A stretch of DNA of 58,183 bases from a virus. Taxonomy: Duplodnaviria > Caudoviricetes. Below are positions 47,816 to 57,228 of this stretch, piece by piece. The translations under genes and the position numbers were made by a program. The number at the start of each line of letters is the position of its first letter. Position 1 is the first letter of the stretch. The stretch is from IMG/VR virus record IMGVR_UViG_3300008219_000008, positions 1 through 58,183 of that record; one strand, given 5' to 3'. The notes beneath the pieces are model-generated. The model worked only from the letters and a program-made list of their open reading frames with translations, was not told the origin of the DNA and did no database searches.

Positions 47816-49516
47816 TCAGTGACACTCCGACCAGTTATTACCAACTCTATAGTCACCGTCCATTTGTACAGTACACCTAAGTTCATAGCCAGCATCAATG
47901 ATGGCATCAATACCAAGGCGACCTACGTCATCAGCTATCTCTGGTTCACACTCAAGTTGCCACTCATCATGAACAGTAGCCATGAAAGCAACACGATCCT
48001 TATACTTAAGTAACGCTTTATTTAATTTAGTCTGTGCTAGTTTCATTACCACAGCACCGTCACCTTGTATCTGTACATTCAATGCTTTGTGCTTAGCTCT
48101 GCAGAGTACCTCTCTACCATCTAGTAGAGTAATAGTACCCTTGTTAGCTACTTGGAAGTGACAATCATCTAACAGGTTCTTAAGTGCTGGCATATTCTTA
48201 AGGAATTTATTCTTAACAACCCTACCATCCTTAGCTTTCTTACCTACAATCTCACCTATCTTACCGTCACCAGCACCATAGATTAAGGCGTAGAAGAAAG
48301 TCTTTGCGTCATCCCTAGTATGTAATCCAGCAGCCATTTGATTAACGGTATGTATATCTCCATTTAATACAGTCTCTCCATAGTCACCATTATCCCACCT
48401 AGCCATACGATTAGCTAATAGACGTGCCTCTAGTCCAGAAGCATCTATGCCTACTTGAACCCAACCATCTCTTGGAACGAATAACGAACGTGCTCTAGGA
48501 TCTCCCGATACTTGTTGTAAGTTTGGTTGACTTGCTGTCATCCTACCCGTAACAGTACCTTGAGTATTAACATAGCCGTGTATACGGTTGTCTCTAGAGT
48601 TAGTAGACCTAAGTATCCAATCGGATAATTGACTAAGCAGTTTAGTTATGTCAAAGTATTTAACCAGTGCTACTGCCTCGTTGTATTTAAGTTTCTTAAG
48701 TATCCCAGAATCAATCTTAGGATTACCTTTATCTGTTCTAGGACCACGCCATCCATACTTGCTGTATAATCTTTCGGCTATTTGTTTTCTACTGCCTGGA
48801 TTGAAGTGTGTAATCTTATCCTTTAATCTCTTACCAGTCTTATCAGACCAACGCTCTTCAGTTATAGGAGGAAATATCTCAGACATCTCATCCTCTATTA
48901 AAACCTTTTCCATTAGTAAGTCATGTTCTAATCTATCAGCAGCATCAACATTAAAGCCAATACCATTGCACATTTGTTCTGCTATAATTTTAGCTACACT
49001 GTGTTCTAGTTTAATTGAGGTGGGGTATTCTTCTAGGAAGCCAGACTTTATTTGATAGCTGAATACTTTATCAGTAACAATAACATCTTGCTTACAGTAC
49101 TTAACCATGTCAGGATGGTACTCACTGAAACCTAAGTCATATTGAAGCTTACTACACTTTAGATACTCACCCCAAGCTCTAAGAGAGTTGCCACCAAACG
49201 GGTGGTCAGATCTTTGACCAGGATACATAAGCCTAGCAACAATTAAAGTATCATAAGCCTTGGTATCTATCTCACCATACAATCTTTCTAATAAAGGGAT
49301 ATCATATTGAATAATATTATGTCCAATGATTACGTCGGCTGATCTTAACAGTTCAACACCTTCTTCTATCTCATGTTCTAAGAATGTATACATTTTCTTT
49401 GTATCTACATCCATAGCACACATGCACCACACTCTTGTGGCTTCTATAACGGCAACGTCCTTCTCGATAATGAGTTCGGATAATCCATTACCTTCTATAT
49501 CAAAAACTAATTTCAT
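47816..49516 (-). CDS. polA: Family A DNA polymerase (T7 gp5-like) with a 3'-5' exonuclease domain
   Basis: FDIEGN; GHNIIQYD; YCKQDV; TGRM..PNLQQ; DASGLEAR; RDDAKTFFYALIYG; VHDEWQ. Confidence 0.97.
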   Translation of the reverse strand: MKLVFDIEGNGLSELIIEKDVAVIEATRVWCMCAMDVDTKKMYTFLEHEIEEGVELLRSADVIIGHNIIQYDIPLLERLYGEIDTKAYDTLIVARLMYPGQRSDHPFGGNSLRAWGEYLKCSKLQYDLGFSEYHPDMVKYCKQDVIVTDKVFSYQIKSGFLEEYPTSIKLEHSVAKIIAEQMCNGIGFNVDAADRLEHDLLMEKVLIEDEMSEIFPPITEERWSDKTGKRLKDKITHFNPGSRKQIAERLYSKYGWRGPRTDKGNPKIDSGILKKLKYNEAVALVKYFDITKLLSQLSDWILRSTNSRDNRIHGYVNTQGTVTGRMTASQPNLQQVSGDPRARSLFVPRDGWVQVGIDASGLEARLLANRMARWDNGDYGETVLNGDIHTVNQMAAGLHTRDDAKTFFYALIYGAGDGKIGEIVGKKAKDGRVVKNKFLKNMPALKNLLDDCHFQVANKGTITLLDGREVLCRAKHKALNVQIQGDGAVVMKLAQTKLNKALLKYKDRVAFMATVHDEWQLECEPEIADDVGRLGIDAIIDAGYELRCTVQMDGDYRVGNNWSECH

Positions 49517-50185
49517 TTAGCCCTTCTTTCTTTTATCTACATTACTTACAGCCTTGGTGATATCAGTATCTATCTCCAGAAACTCAGTAATATTTTTTAT
49601 TATTTCTTTAGGATTCTCTAGCATGTCTTCAAAGTAAACAACATGATGATTAATATTCTCACGAGTTAACCAACTGTCTGTCATATCATTAGCTAACAAT
49701 ACCTTAAGGTGCATGGCATATACATCCACGCCCTTGTATTGGTCAGCGAAAGAGTTCTCTAAATTATTATCGTCGGATATTTCCATATCTATCTGTGCCA
49801 ATTTAAACATACTCTCTGCTTGTGTGAAATCATCTTTACGTTTACAATATATAACCTTATCAACCTTCGTGTTATCAAGTTCAAGGGGTAGAATACCCAT
49901 CATCTTAACGGCACCATCTATGTCACCATCATATTTACCCACAGTAATATCTATTATGGTATACACGTCAAGTTCCCAATAACCTTTTGGATTTAAAGAC
50001 CTAGCTATTTTATCTTGTTCTTCTGTTACATATATGTCAACAGATTCACCTCTATGATAACCACCCCATAGACAGTGCTCCTTAACCTTGGACTCGGGGT
50101 TCCCAATTAAGGAAACCCCAAGCAAGTTTAAGGTTTGCATCATAAGGCTAGAGCCACATCTACCTGCTCCAGTAACTATAATCAT
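49517..50185 (-). CDS. Sulfotransferase-family P-loop protein
   Basis: IIVTGAGRCGSSLMMQ (5'-PSB-like loop); NPKGYWE; VIYCKR; VYFEDMLENP. Confidence 0.75.
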   Translation of the reverse strand: MIIVTGAGRCGSSLMMQTLNLLGVSLIGNPESKVKEHCLWGGYHRGESVDIYVTEEQDKIARSLNPKGYWELDVYTIIDITVGKYDGDIDGAVKMMGILPLELDNTKVDKVIYCKRKDDFTQAESMFKLAQIDMEISDDNNLENSFADQYKGVDVYAMHLKVLLANDMTDSWLTRENINHHVVYFEDMLENPKEIIKNITEFLEIDTDITKAVSNVDKRKKG

Positions 50186-51903
50186 ATACCATCCCAGTCA
50201 TTAATCATAGTACCATCATCATCAAAGGCGAAGTTTAGTTCCTTGAGTCTACCAGAGCCATGCTCATAGTATAAACAAGAAGCAACACCAGACCTTCCGG
50301 TCAGTCTGTTCTTGAGTACACGTACCACGGTAGTATTAGCAATCCTGGGATCAGTATTCTGTCGATCCCTTTCTAAAGCTATCACAGTATTAGGTACACT
50401 AGACAGAGAACCAGAGCCACGTAAGTCTTGTAAAGTTATACGTTCTCCTTCTTCGTAAGCCTTGTGTGTTTTCTTGAGTTGAGATACAACATCAATACGA
50501 ACACCTGTACGAGACACTAAAGCTCTAAGCTCTTTCATAATGTTATCAATCAGTAGTCGTTCAGAACTACCGCCGTCATAATCAGTACTAGAACTTAGTA
50601 GACCAGTAGCAGCAGCAGTAATATGATCGAGTACGATTACATCAACACCTAGGGACACAGCCATGAATTCAATCCTAGCACAAAGGTTAGTTAAACCAGA
50701 GTTACCTAAGTGATCATAGACATATAAGGAAGAACCTTCAAGATTCTTTCTAGCATCTGCATACTCTTCGTCAGTGTAATCATCTATAATATCTATAGCG
50801 ATAGGATCTTTGCCAAGCTCTGATCTAAGCTTATTCATAATACGCTTAGCTCTAATAGCTCTGACAGGTTTATTGATAATCAATGATACCATATCATCTA
50901 CAGTTTCTTGTGGTGATTCTTCTAACATGATAGCACCAACGCTACGTCCTTCTACTAAGTGATGGTGTATAACCTCACGTAGAATGGTAGACTTACCACT
51001 ACCAGTACCACTAGCCCATAGAGTTATCTCTCCACTTCGTTGTCCAAGTAAGAACTCAGACAAAGAATCGAAGGGGAAAGGATATACTCTAACTTCATCC
51101 AACGATGTAACATCAGCTATTTGAGACACATGAACAATCTCATCGGGTGAGTATTGTTGTGCTTCCCACATAGCTTGTATGATTGCCTTGCCTTGATTCT
51201 TAAGAAGACATTCATTAGCATCCTTGAAAGGTAGTGTAGCTATCTTACATTTTCCAGGGGGTAGAACCTCAGCCACAGCCTTAGCTGCTTCACGACCAGG
51301 ATCATCCATATCAAACATAAGAACAACCTCTTCATAACTACAGATAAACTCTAAGTTATCTTTGATTGCACGTACAGCACCAGCAGCTCCACTAGGGAGG
51401 CTGACAACGGGCCACTTGCATTCTAGAAGTTGAGCAACAGACATACAGTCTATCTCTCCTTCTGTTATAACTAGGCGTTTACCTTTAGTACTTTTCCAAA
51501 GCTGTTGACCCCACAAGGATACCTTGTTTGTATCACCACGCCATTGGAATGCTTTGTTAGGTCCACGAAGTTTCTGTGCTACCACCTGTCCATCCTTATA
51601 GAATGGAGCAATGTCAACACGATCACCGTTCTTCATCAGTGATTGGTAACCATAGAACCTAGCAGTCTTCTCAGTAATCTTACGATCTGATAGACCTTTT
51701 AGTTCTCCAGTTACAAACTTAAGACCTGGTTTCTTATCAGGAACAGTACTTGTTTCCATGGCTATTCCTCCTTTACTCTCGTGGTAGCCACAAGCAAAGC
51801 AATGCTTGCCACCATCCACATATACACATAAATTGTCTCTACTAGTATCCCGCCCGTTATTAGCACAGGCGGGACACTGTAGTCGTTCAGATACTTGGGT
51901 CAT
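50182..51903 (-). CDS. Primase-helicase (T7 gp4-like)
   Basis: Zn finger CPAC..CFAC; TOPRIM EGEID and FDMD; Walker A SGTGSGKS; LDH; LRGSG; KNR. Confidence 0.97.
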   Translation of the reverse strand: MTQVSERLQCPACANNGRDTSRDNLCVYVDGGKHCFACGYHESKGGIAMETSTVPDKKPGLKFVTGELKGLSDRKITEKTARFYGYQSLMKNGDRVDIAPFYKDGQVVAQKLRGPNKAFQWRGDTNKVSLWGQQLWKSTKGKRLVITEGEIDCMSVAQLLECKWPVVSLPSGAAGAVRAIKDNLEFICSYEEVVLMFDMDDPGREAAKAVAEVLPPGKCKIATLPFKDANECLLKNQGKAIIQAMWEAQQYSPDEIVHVSQIADVTSLDEVRVYPFPFDSLSEFLLGQRSGEITLWASGTGSGKSTILREVIHHHLVEGRSVGAIMLEESPQETVDDMVSLIINKPVRAIRAKRIMNKLRSELGKDPIAIDIIDDYTDEEYADARKNLEGSSLYVYDHLGNSGLTNLCARIEFMAVSLGVDVIVLDHITAAATGLLSSSTDYDGGSSERLLIDNIMKELRALVSRTGVRIDVVSQLKKTHKAYEEGERITLQDLRGSGSLSSVPNTVIALERDRQNTDPRIANTTVVRVLKNRLTGRSGVASCLYYEHGSGRLKELNFAFDDDGTMINDWDGI

Positions 51904-52028
51904 TATTTACCCCACGGCATCTTAGTTTTCATCCATACCCACATTGGGTTACCGATAAGAGCACCTGCTACAAAGACTACTGCTGTGTAGCACAGTGTTC
52001 CAACCACTGTATCAAATATTTCTACCAT
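51903..52028 (-). CDS. Small single-TM membrane protein (41 aa; missing from the ORF track)
   Basis: MVEIFDTVVGTLCYTAVVFVAGALIGNPMWVWMKTKMPWGK; RBS AAGGAG; TAATG overlap with the primase start. Confidence 0.75.
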   Translation of the reverse strand: MVEIFDTVVGTLCYTAVVFVAGALIGNPMWVWMKTKMPWGK

Positions 52029-52401
52029 TACTTTTCTCCTTTAAAATTTTCATAACTATTTTACCTGCCCATGCTAATGAGATTGCACCTGTTGCAATCA
52101 CCACGGGTAGGAAGAACCAACTAGCATACATAGCTAATGCATAGTTTAAAACAACGAATAAAATTCCGCCTATCAGCGGGTACCAGCCCATTCGTCCACC
52201 AGTAAGCACAAGCAAAGCCATTCCACTTAGTGTACAGATCCCACCAAGCCATCCGAGCATAGGGCTACACGTAACAACAGGTGAATCGATAGTTTCCATA
52301 GCCTTATCTATAATACCAGGTGGTGTGAATACTTTCTGCCACATTGAGCAGCCAGTTAGTGTTATAGTTAGTAGGGTTAAATACATCACATGTCTTATCA
52401 T
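52012..52401 (-). CDS. Membrane lipoprotein (lipobox plus about 3 TM helices)
   Basis: Signal peptide ending LTGC, followed by three hydrophobic segments. Confidence 0.7.
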   Translation of the reverse strand: MIRHVMYLTLLTITLTGCSMWQKVFTPPGIIDKAMETIDSPVVTCSPMLGWLGGICTLSGMALLVLTGGRMGWYPLIGGILFVVLNYALAMYASWFFLPVVIATGAISLAWAGKIVMKILKEKSNGRNI

Positions 52402-52473
52402 CTCTCCTGTCCTCCGCTAAGTTTACTCATTCACCATCACCATCATCAATTAGAATACCATCATACTCTTCTA

Positions 52474-52848
52474 TCAACATTTGTCTACTCCTATAGTAAA
52501 GTAACCATCTTGATTCTTAGGTGCCCATTGTTTAATAGCATACACAGATTTAATCTGACGATCATCTTCCCATAGATAGCCATTAAGAGAGTCTAATATT
52601 GCCTTAATAAAGTTATCCACGTCTGCTCTTGGGACATCTAGTTTAGTTTTCTTGGGTTGCTTGATGTACAACTCAATATCTACATGAAGTAATCCAAGCA
52701 TGGGTTCCCAGTCACCTAGTACTTCCTCAGCAAGATCAATCATGTCCTTACGAAACTGTTTGTATGGTCCAGTCAAGTAGGCACCACGTCTAGATAGACG
52801 GGGCCTACTTGCAGCGACCGGACTAATTTGGAACTCCCACTCTGGCAT
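52474..52848 (-). CDS. rusA: RusA-family Holliday junction resolvase
   Basis: PVAASRPR; RADVDNFIKAILDSLNG..WEDDRQI. Confidence 0.92.
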   Translation of the reverse strand: MPEWEFQISPVAASRPRLSRRGAYLTGPYKQFRKDMIDLAEEVLGDWEPMLGLLHVDIELYIKQPKKTKLDVPRADVDNFIKAILDSLNGYLWEDDRQIKSVYAIKQWAPKNQDGYFTIGVDKC

Positions 52849-53363
52849 CAGATAGGAAGATCGGTGTCGTCACTTTCAACAGTAGGTGTACTGTTATCAA
52901 CGAAACCTTCAGTAGCATCAAAGCCACCAGCATCTCCACCACCAACGTTGTTCTTCTCAATAATCTGACACCCATTAAGGTATAGACTCATTGAGTTGTC
53001 TCTTGTAAGTACAGCAGGTGCTACACGTAGACGAACCTTATCACCGCCAAAGGGAATAACGCTTGTCTTATTAGAACTAGCATCACGACAAGGGAATGCG
53101 GTTACACCTTTCTTAACGAAAGTCTTAGACTTAACCTTAAGTAAAGTATCACCATCATCATTCTCTCTCATACCATTAATCTTAGTTGCACCGCTTTCCT
53201 TAAGCAAGCTGTCTAGCTTCTTCTGAAGCTGTGCATCCACAAGCACTGTGATATTATGGTTAGCTGAGTCAGCTCCAAACTTATCATCAGGTGCGTGTAA
53301 GTGTGACCACACTACGTCATGCGTCTCTGTGGTAAATGCAGGTATCTTATTCGTTGTCATCAT
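52848..53363 (-). CDS. ssb: Single-stranded DNA-binding protein (T7 gp2.5-like)
   Basis: WSHLHAPDDKFG; FGGDKVRL; SLYLNGCQIIE; acidic tail DDTDLPI. Start follows AAGGAG. Confidence 0.85.
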   Translation of the reverse strand: MMTTNKIPAFTTETHDVVWSHLHAPDDKFGADSANHNITVLVDAQLQKKLDSLLKESGATKINGMRENDDGDTLLKVKSKTFVKKGVTAFPCRDASSNKTSVIPFGGDKVRLRVAPAVLTRDNSMSLYLNGCQIIEKNNVGGGDAGGFDATEGFVDNSTPTVESDDTDLPI

Positions 53364-53517
53364 TGTTTTCTCCTTTTTGTTGTTCAACGTTTTCTTGCAT
53401 CTTTTCTATTGTTGCGTTGATATTACCAACGACTCCCATAAGGGTCGCAGCAATACCTTCGAAATACTTTTCGAGTTCATCAAGAGGAACCCATACTCTT
53501 TCTTCTGTATCTGGCAT
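53347..53517 (-). CDS. Small acidic protein (56 aa; missing from the ORF track)
   Basis: MPDTEERVWVPLDELEKYFEGIAATLMGVVGNINATIEKMQENVEQQKGENNDDNE; GGAG RBS; TGATG overlap with the upstream gene. Confidence 0.7.
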   Translation of the reverse strand: MPDTEERVWVPLDELEKYFEGIAATLMGVVGNINATIEKMQENVEQQKGENNDDNE

Positions 53518-54176
53518 CACATTATCTCCATGTAAGGATGTCCATCAATTACTACACCAGCCCCGTTGACTGGCTTCTTTAAGAAGTTCTTGGCATAATA
53601 CATCAAAGTGTGACTTATGTCAACCCCATTAGGTACATTAAATCCAAACAATTTATCACCGTTGGGACCTTGTAGCCAACATATGCTAGCAGCAGAGTGT
53701 ACGTGTCCACTGACAGTACTCTGTACTCTAACCTTTGCAGCGTTAAACGCTGGTGTATTACCAGAACTAGCTCCAGTGCCGTGGATATATGCCACATCAT
53801 CTATGATATGTTCATATGCCCAATCCCAGCTTGGTGTACCAAAGATATCTTTATAATCCTTTAGGTACATAGCTGGGATACCAGCACTAGAACTTAGTCT
53901 ATGTATTCTTTCATCATGATTCCCAATGCAAACCGATGCACTTGGAAATGCTCTCTTCCATGCCTTTAACTTTTCCATCGACCTGTGATACTCAGCTAAA
54001 GCTGAGTCAGCATCAGGGTGTTTCTGATGGAACGATATAGCATGGTGATCTAAGACATCACCGATGAATACAGTCTCGGTAGTCTTATACTTTTTCCTGA
54101 GCCCTCTACAAAACTCAAGGTAATCCTCTCGTTCAGCAGGGAGATGCAGGTCTCCTATCACTAATACTTTAGTCAT
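53517..54176 (-). CDS. Calcineurin-like metallophosphoesterase
   Basis: GDLH; FIGD; GNHD; IHG; GHVH motifs in order. Confidence 0.92.
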   Translation of the reverse strand: MTKVLVIGDLHLPAEREDYLEFCRGLRKKYKTTETVFIGDVLDHHAISFHQKHPDADSALAEYHRSMEKLKAWKRAFPSASVCIGNHDERIHRLSSSAGIPAMYLKDYKDIFGTPSWDWAYEHIIDDVAYIHGTGASSGNTPAFNAAKVRVQSTVSGHVHSAASICWLQGPNGDKLFGFNVPNGVDISHTLMYYAKNFLKKPVNGAGVVIDGHPYMEIM

Positions 54177-54405
54177 CTATATCCCTTTCAGTTGGTACAT
54201 ACATGTTTAAATCCAATCCATTATTACTTGGTATATGGTTTTCTACAAAGTCTTCGAAAAGATTTGTAATAAAAACCTTCATCATTCCTTGAGTAGCAAA
54301 TGTTATACTCATTTTCTTACAACTACTGGGAACCTTAGCTAATTTAAGTGCATAAGCTAGTCCCCTTTCCATATCTCCTTCATTATTTACAATTAAATGT
54401 GCCAT
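54169..54405 (-). CDS. Hypothetical protein (78 aa)
   Basis: AGGAG RBS; directly after the RNAP gene. Confidence 0.7.
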   Translation of the reverse strand: MAHLIVNNEGDMERGLAYALKLAKVPSSCKKMSITFATQGMMKVFITNLFEDFVENHIPSNNGLDLNMYVPTERDIDD

Positions 54406-54416
54406 AGTGTTAACTC

Positions 54417-56861
54417 CTATGCAAAAAAGTACTCTGATTTAAGAACCGTTTCCAGTTCTAATTCCCCGCGTGGTGGAGGATCAGGTAGTTTTACTCCTAA
54501 TTGTTTCTCAACTTCGCCCCTAAATTTTTCTAACAAATTTTCAGAATGTATATCGAGAAACTCCTCCCGTAAACAGTTACGCATTAGGTCTACAAAATTG
54601 GCATGACATCCATATGAATCATGGAGCATACTAAAGTCTGTTATACCATAGAACGCGACTCTAATTATAGTTAGAAACAAATGTGCTGCATCAATGCTAT
54701 GAATAAAGTTGGGGCTAATAGCTTGTAATGCAGCCCTGATATTAACATCATCTGTCCTAACATAAAACGTCAGCTCTTTAGCATTAAACAAAGTAGCAAG
54801 AGACCTACGTTTCTGTTGTTTATTATAATAGTGAACAACCTTAAAGCCACTAGGGGTAGTCCACTCTACATGTTTATTGAGATCATTGGCAATACTAACA
54901 ACTTCTTTAAGGTATTGTTTACCTGTGTTGGGTCCACCTAAGGATGTATCTAAACTAGCTTTGATTGCTCTAGCCAATTCAACTATAGCACCGCCTAGCT
55001 TATCTTTAGGTACCCAACTAAGGTGACCCTCTTCTTTAATATATCTTTGGATACCATAGAAAGTAATACCATAAGGCTCACACATGGTAGATCTTTTAGT
55101 TACTGTTCTATCAATAGAATTATTCCAGTGATCCATGAACTGTTCTAGCCAGCCGCTAGGATCTTGTGCCTTTAAACAGTAGTCAGTAGTTTTATCTGCC
55201 ACAAACTGATACAAATCTTTAGGTTCTTTACTAGGTAGCACACCTGTTAGCTTAGCTATAGGCGTATCACCTACTATGGCAGACCAGTGTTGGTTGCCAT
55301 TACACTTGCCATCTATCTGGACTGGGACAAATGTAAGATTATCAGTTCTAGTAATATCAAAAATACTAGCCAGTCTCTGAAAGGACTTATTCTTTTTGAC
55401 AGAGCTATCAATCCATTCTCTATTTTCATAAGGATCTTTTGCAATTTCATTTATCATCTCCCAATTATCATCAACCCACTTGACCCTGGATTCAAAGCCC
55501 AGTTTGTCTTGATCAAATAAGTTAGCTAAGTGTACCTTCTGCCACCACCTACCTCTAGGGGTAAGCTCTACACCAGTAGCAAAGCATATCAGACCACGAT
55601 CAATATCAGATGATTGTGGGCTAAGTAACTCACATATTGGGTAAGCCCTGCCTCGGAAGTCCATAGTCCATGAGTGGTAAAAGTAATCAAGGGGTATCAG
55701 CTCCTTAGCTAGCTTAAGTCGTATAAGCATGCGCCCTCTTCCTTGCTCATTCTTATACCACTGACCCCACTTTTCTTCCCTTGCTTGGCACCATTTGGCT
55801 TGGTCTTCTTTAGACCCATCATTTGGGTAGGGTGCATTATACATGAACTCTTCAAAGGAGTACATTGGTAGGTTCGCTAGCCCTGTGTTGTTGGTAAAGA
55901 GGTTTTCCATTACCTCTAGTACAGAAGTATTAACAGTCCACTCAGTACCAGCCAGCATATTGATACCGTCTACTACCTCTTGAGAAGGCTGAGAAAACTT
56001 CTGTTCTTTAGCATAATCACCAAAATAATTAGACCTATATTTTTGTACCAAAGGTTTCCTAAGTTCTGTGTGTATGTACCCGCCGGAATGTTTTAGTGTG
56101 TGTAGTTCTGGTCTAGATATCATAGGTCTGTAGACCAGTGTACTTGCTTGTAAGAACTCATGCCTTTGGTGTAACTCTCTGAGAACATCAGGATGAAACT
56201 CAACACTGAGATAGCTTTTGAAAGTACTACCTCGTTTTATTCTATGTTTTGTTAGGATTATTATATTACTGGTAGCAGCTATGCGTAACATGTGGTGTCC
56301 ATAGTCATGCTTCTGTTTAACAGAAAGCTTATGAACCTTACCCATCTTCTTAGCAAAGGCTTTACATCTCTTAGTAGTCCAGTTCTTTATAAACTTTGAT
56401 TGCTTTAGCCAGTTATCTCTATTAGATTTCTTAGCTCTTTGAAATGCTATAATATCACTAGAATCCTGAGCTATCTGTATAGCTATAGTTTGTGCTAGAG
56501 GTGGAACGATCTTATCATTCTGCCAATCATAACCCCAATAAGAACTAGAGAACCAAGTACGTATGACAGCCCTGATAGTTATATCAGCCATCTTCTGTGC
56601 ACCTAGCTCTAGAAGAGGAGGTATCCATCCAGGCGTACCGTTTGAAGAGCATATATTATCTATCCACTCTTGATATGTATCTCTTAACTCCTTAATACTG
56701 GAATCCATAAGCTCTTGCTCAGGTATACCCTCATCAGGTGCTCTGTTATACTCATCCCAATACTTACTCCGACCATACTCTAGCATCTCTTGTTCATAAG
56801 ATACCTGTAAGTCTATTCGTTTGCTTCTGCCTTCGTCAGTTAAATCATTCCATATCGTCAT
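54417..56861 (-). CDS. T7-type single-subunit DNA-directed RNA polymerase
   Basis: MDFRGRAYP; motif A QIDGKCNG; KDLY; motif B RTVTKRSTMCEPYG; PNFIHSIDA; motif C LHDSYG. Confidence 0.98.
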   Translation of the reverse strand: MTIWNDLTDEGRSKRIDLQVSYEQEMLEYGRSKYWDEYNRAPDEGIPEQELMDSSIKELRDTYQEWIDNICSSNGTPGWIPPLLELGAQKMADITIRAVIRTWFSSSYWGYDWQNDKIVPPLAQTIAIQIAQDSSDIIAFQRAKKSNRDNWLKQSKFIKNWTTKRCKAFAKKMGKVHKLSVKQKHDYGHHMLRIAATSNIIILTKHRIKRGSTFKSYLSVEFHPDVLRELHQRHEFLQASTLVYRPMISRPELHTLKHSGGYIHTELRKPLVQKYRSNYFGDYAKEQKFSQPSQEVVDGINMLAGTEWTVNTSVLEVMENLFTNNTGLANLPMYSFEEFMYNAPYPNDGSKEDQAKWCQAREEKWGQWYKNEQGRGRMLIRLKLAKELIPLDYFYHSWTMDFRGRAYPICELLSPQSSDIDRGLICFATGVELTPRGRWWQKVHLANLFDQDKLGFESRVKWVDDNWEMINEIAKDPYENREWIDSSVKKNKSFQRLASIFDITRTDNLTFVPVQIDGKCNGNQHWSAIVGDTPIAKLTGVLPSKEPKDLYQFVADKTTDYCLKAQDPSGWLEQFMDHWNNSIDRTVTKRSTMCEPYGITFYGIQRYIKEEGHLSWVPKDKLGGAIVELARAIKASLDTSLGGPNTGKQYLKEVVSIANDLNKHVEWTTPSGFKVVHYYNKQQKRRSLATLFNAKELTFYVRTDDVNIRAALQAISPNFIHSIDAAHLFLTIIRVAFYGITDFSMLHDSYGCHANFVDLMRNCLREEFLDIHSENLLEKFRGEVEKQLGVKLPDPPPRGELELETVLKSEYFFA

Positions 56862-57165
56862 CTACACCTTCCCAGTACTGCTGTGTACGTTTAACATGTT
56901 CTTCCTTGGTTATCTTACCAAAGGCAAGATCCCAGTTGATATCATATATCTCATCAGGTATATCTCTGCTCCTAGTACTATCCCCTTTACCAGCAGAGGA
57001 TTCATATACTTCAGGCTTCCATATCCTGTTGCCACCTCTAGCCCTATGTGCGGCATCCTTTTCATGCTTAGCCTTAAGTTTTCTCCAGTTTTTGTGGGCG
57101 TTAAAGGTGCCACCAAAATTCTGATCATTAGTTTCTATAGATACACTCTTTTTTTTCTTTGCCAT
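56845..57165 (-). CDS. Hypothetical protein (106 aa), probably on a leaderless mRNA
   Basis: MAKKKK... ATG lies 6 nt after the TATAAT box; AGKGDSTR..Y..NWDLAFGK motif; overlaps the RNAP start. Confidence 0.75.
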   Translation of the reverse strand: MAKKKKSVSIETNDQNFGGTFNAHKNWRKLKAKHEKDAAHRARGGNRIWKPEVYESSAGKGDSTRSRDIPDEIYDINWDLAFGKITKEEHVKRTQQYWEGVDDDME

Positions 57166-57200
57166 ACGTATATTATACCTCATGTTAACATGTTTGTCAA
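57165..57200 (-). promoter_or_regulatory. Consensus sigma70 promoter for the RNAP operon, with a palindromic spacer
   Basis: TTGACA (57200-57195), 17 bp, TATAAT (57177-57172); A/T-rich upstream; spacer contains the palindrome CATGTTAACATG (57181-57192). Confidence 0.9.
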
Positions 57201-57228
57201 GTAAAAAACAGATCTTTTTATAATATAT

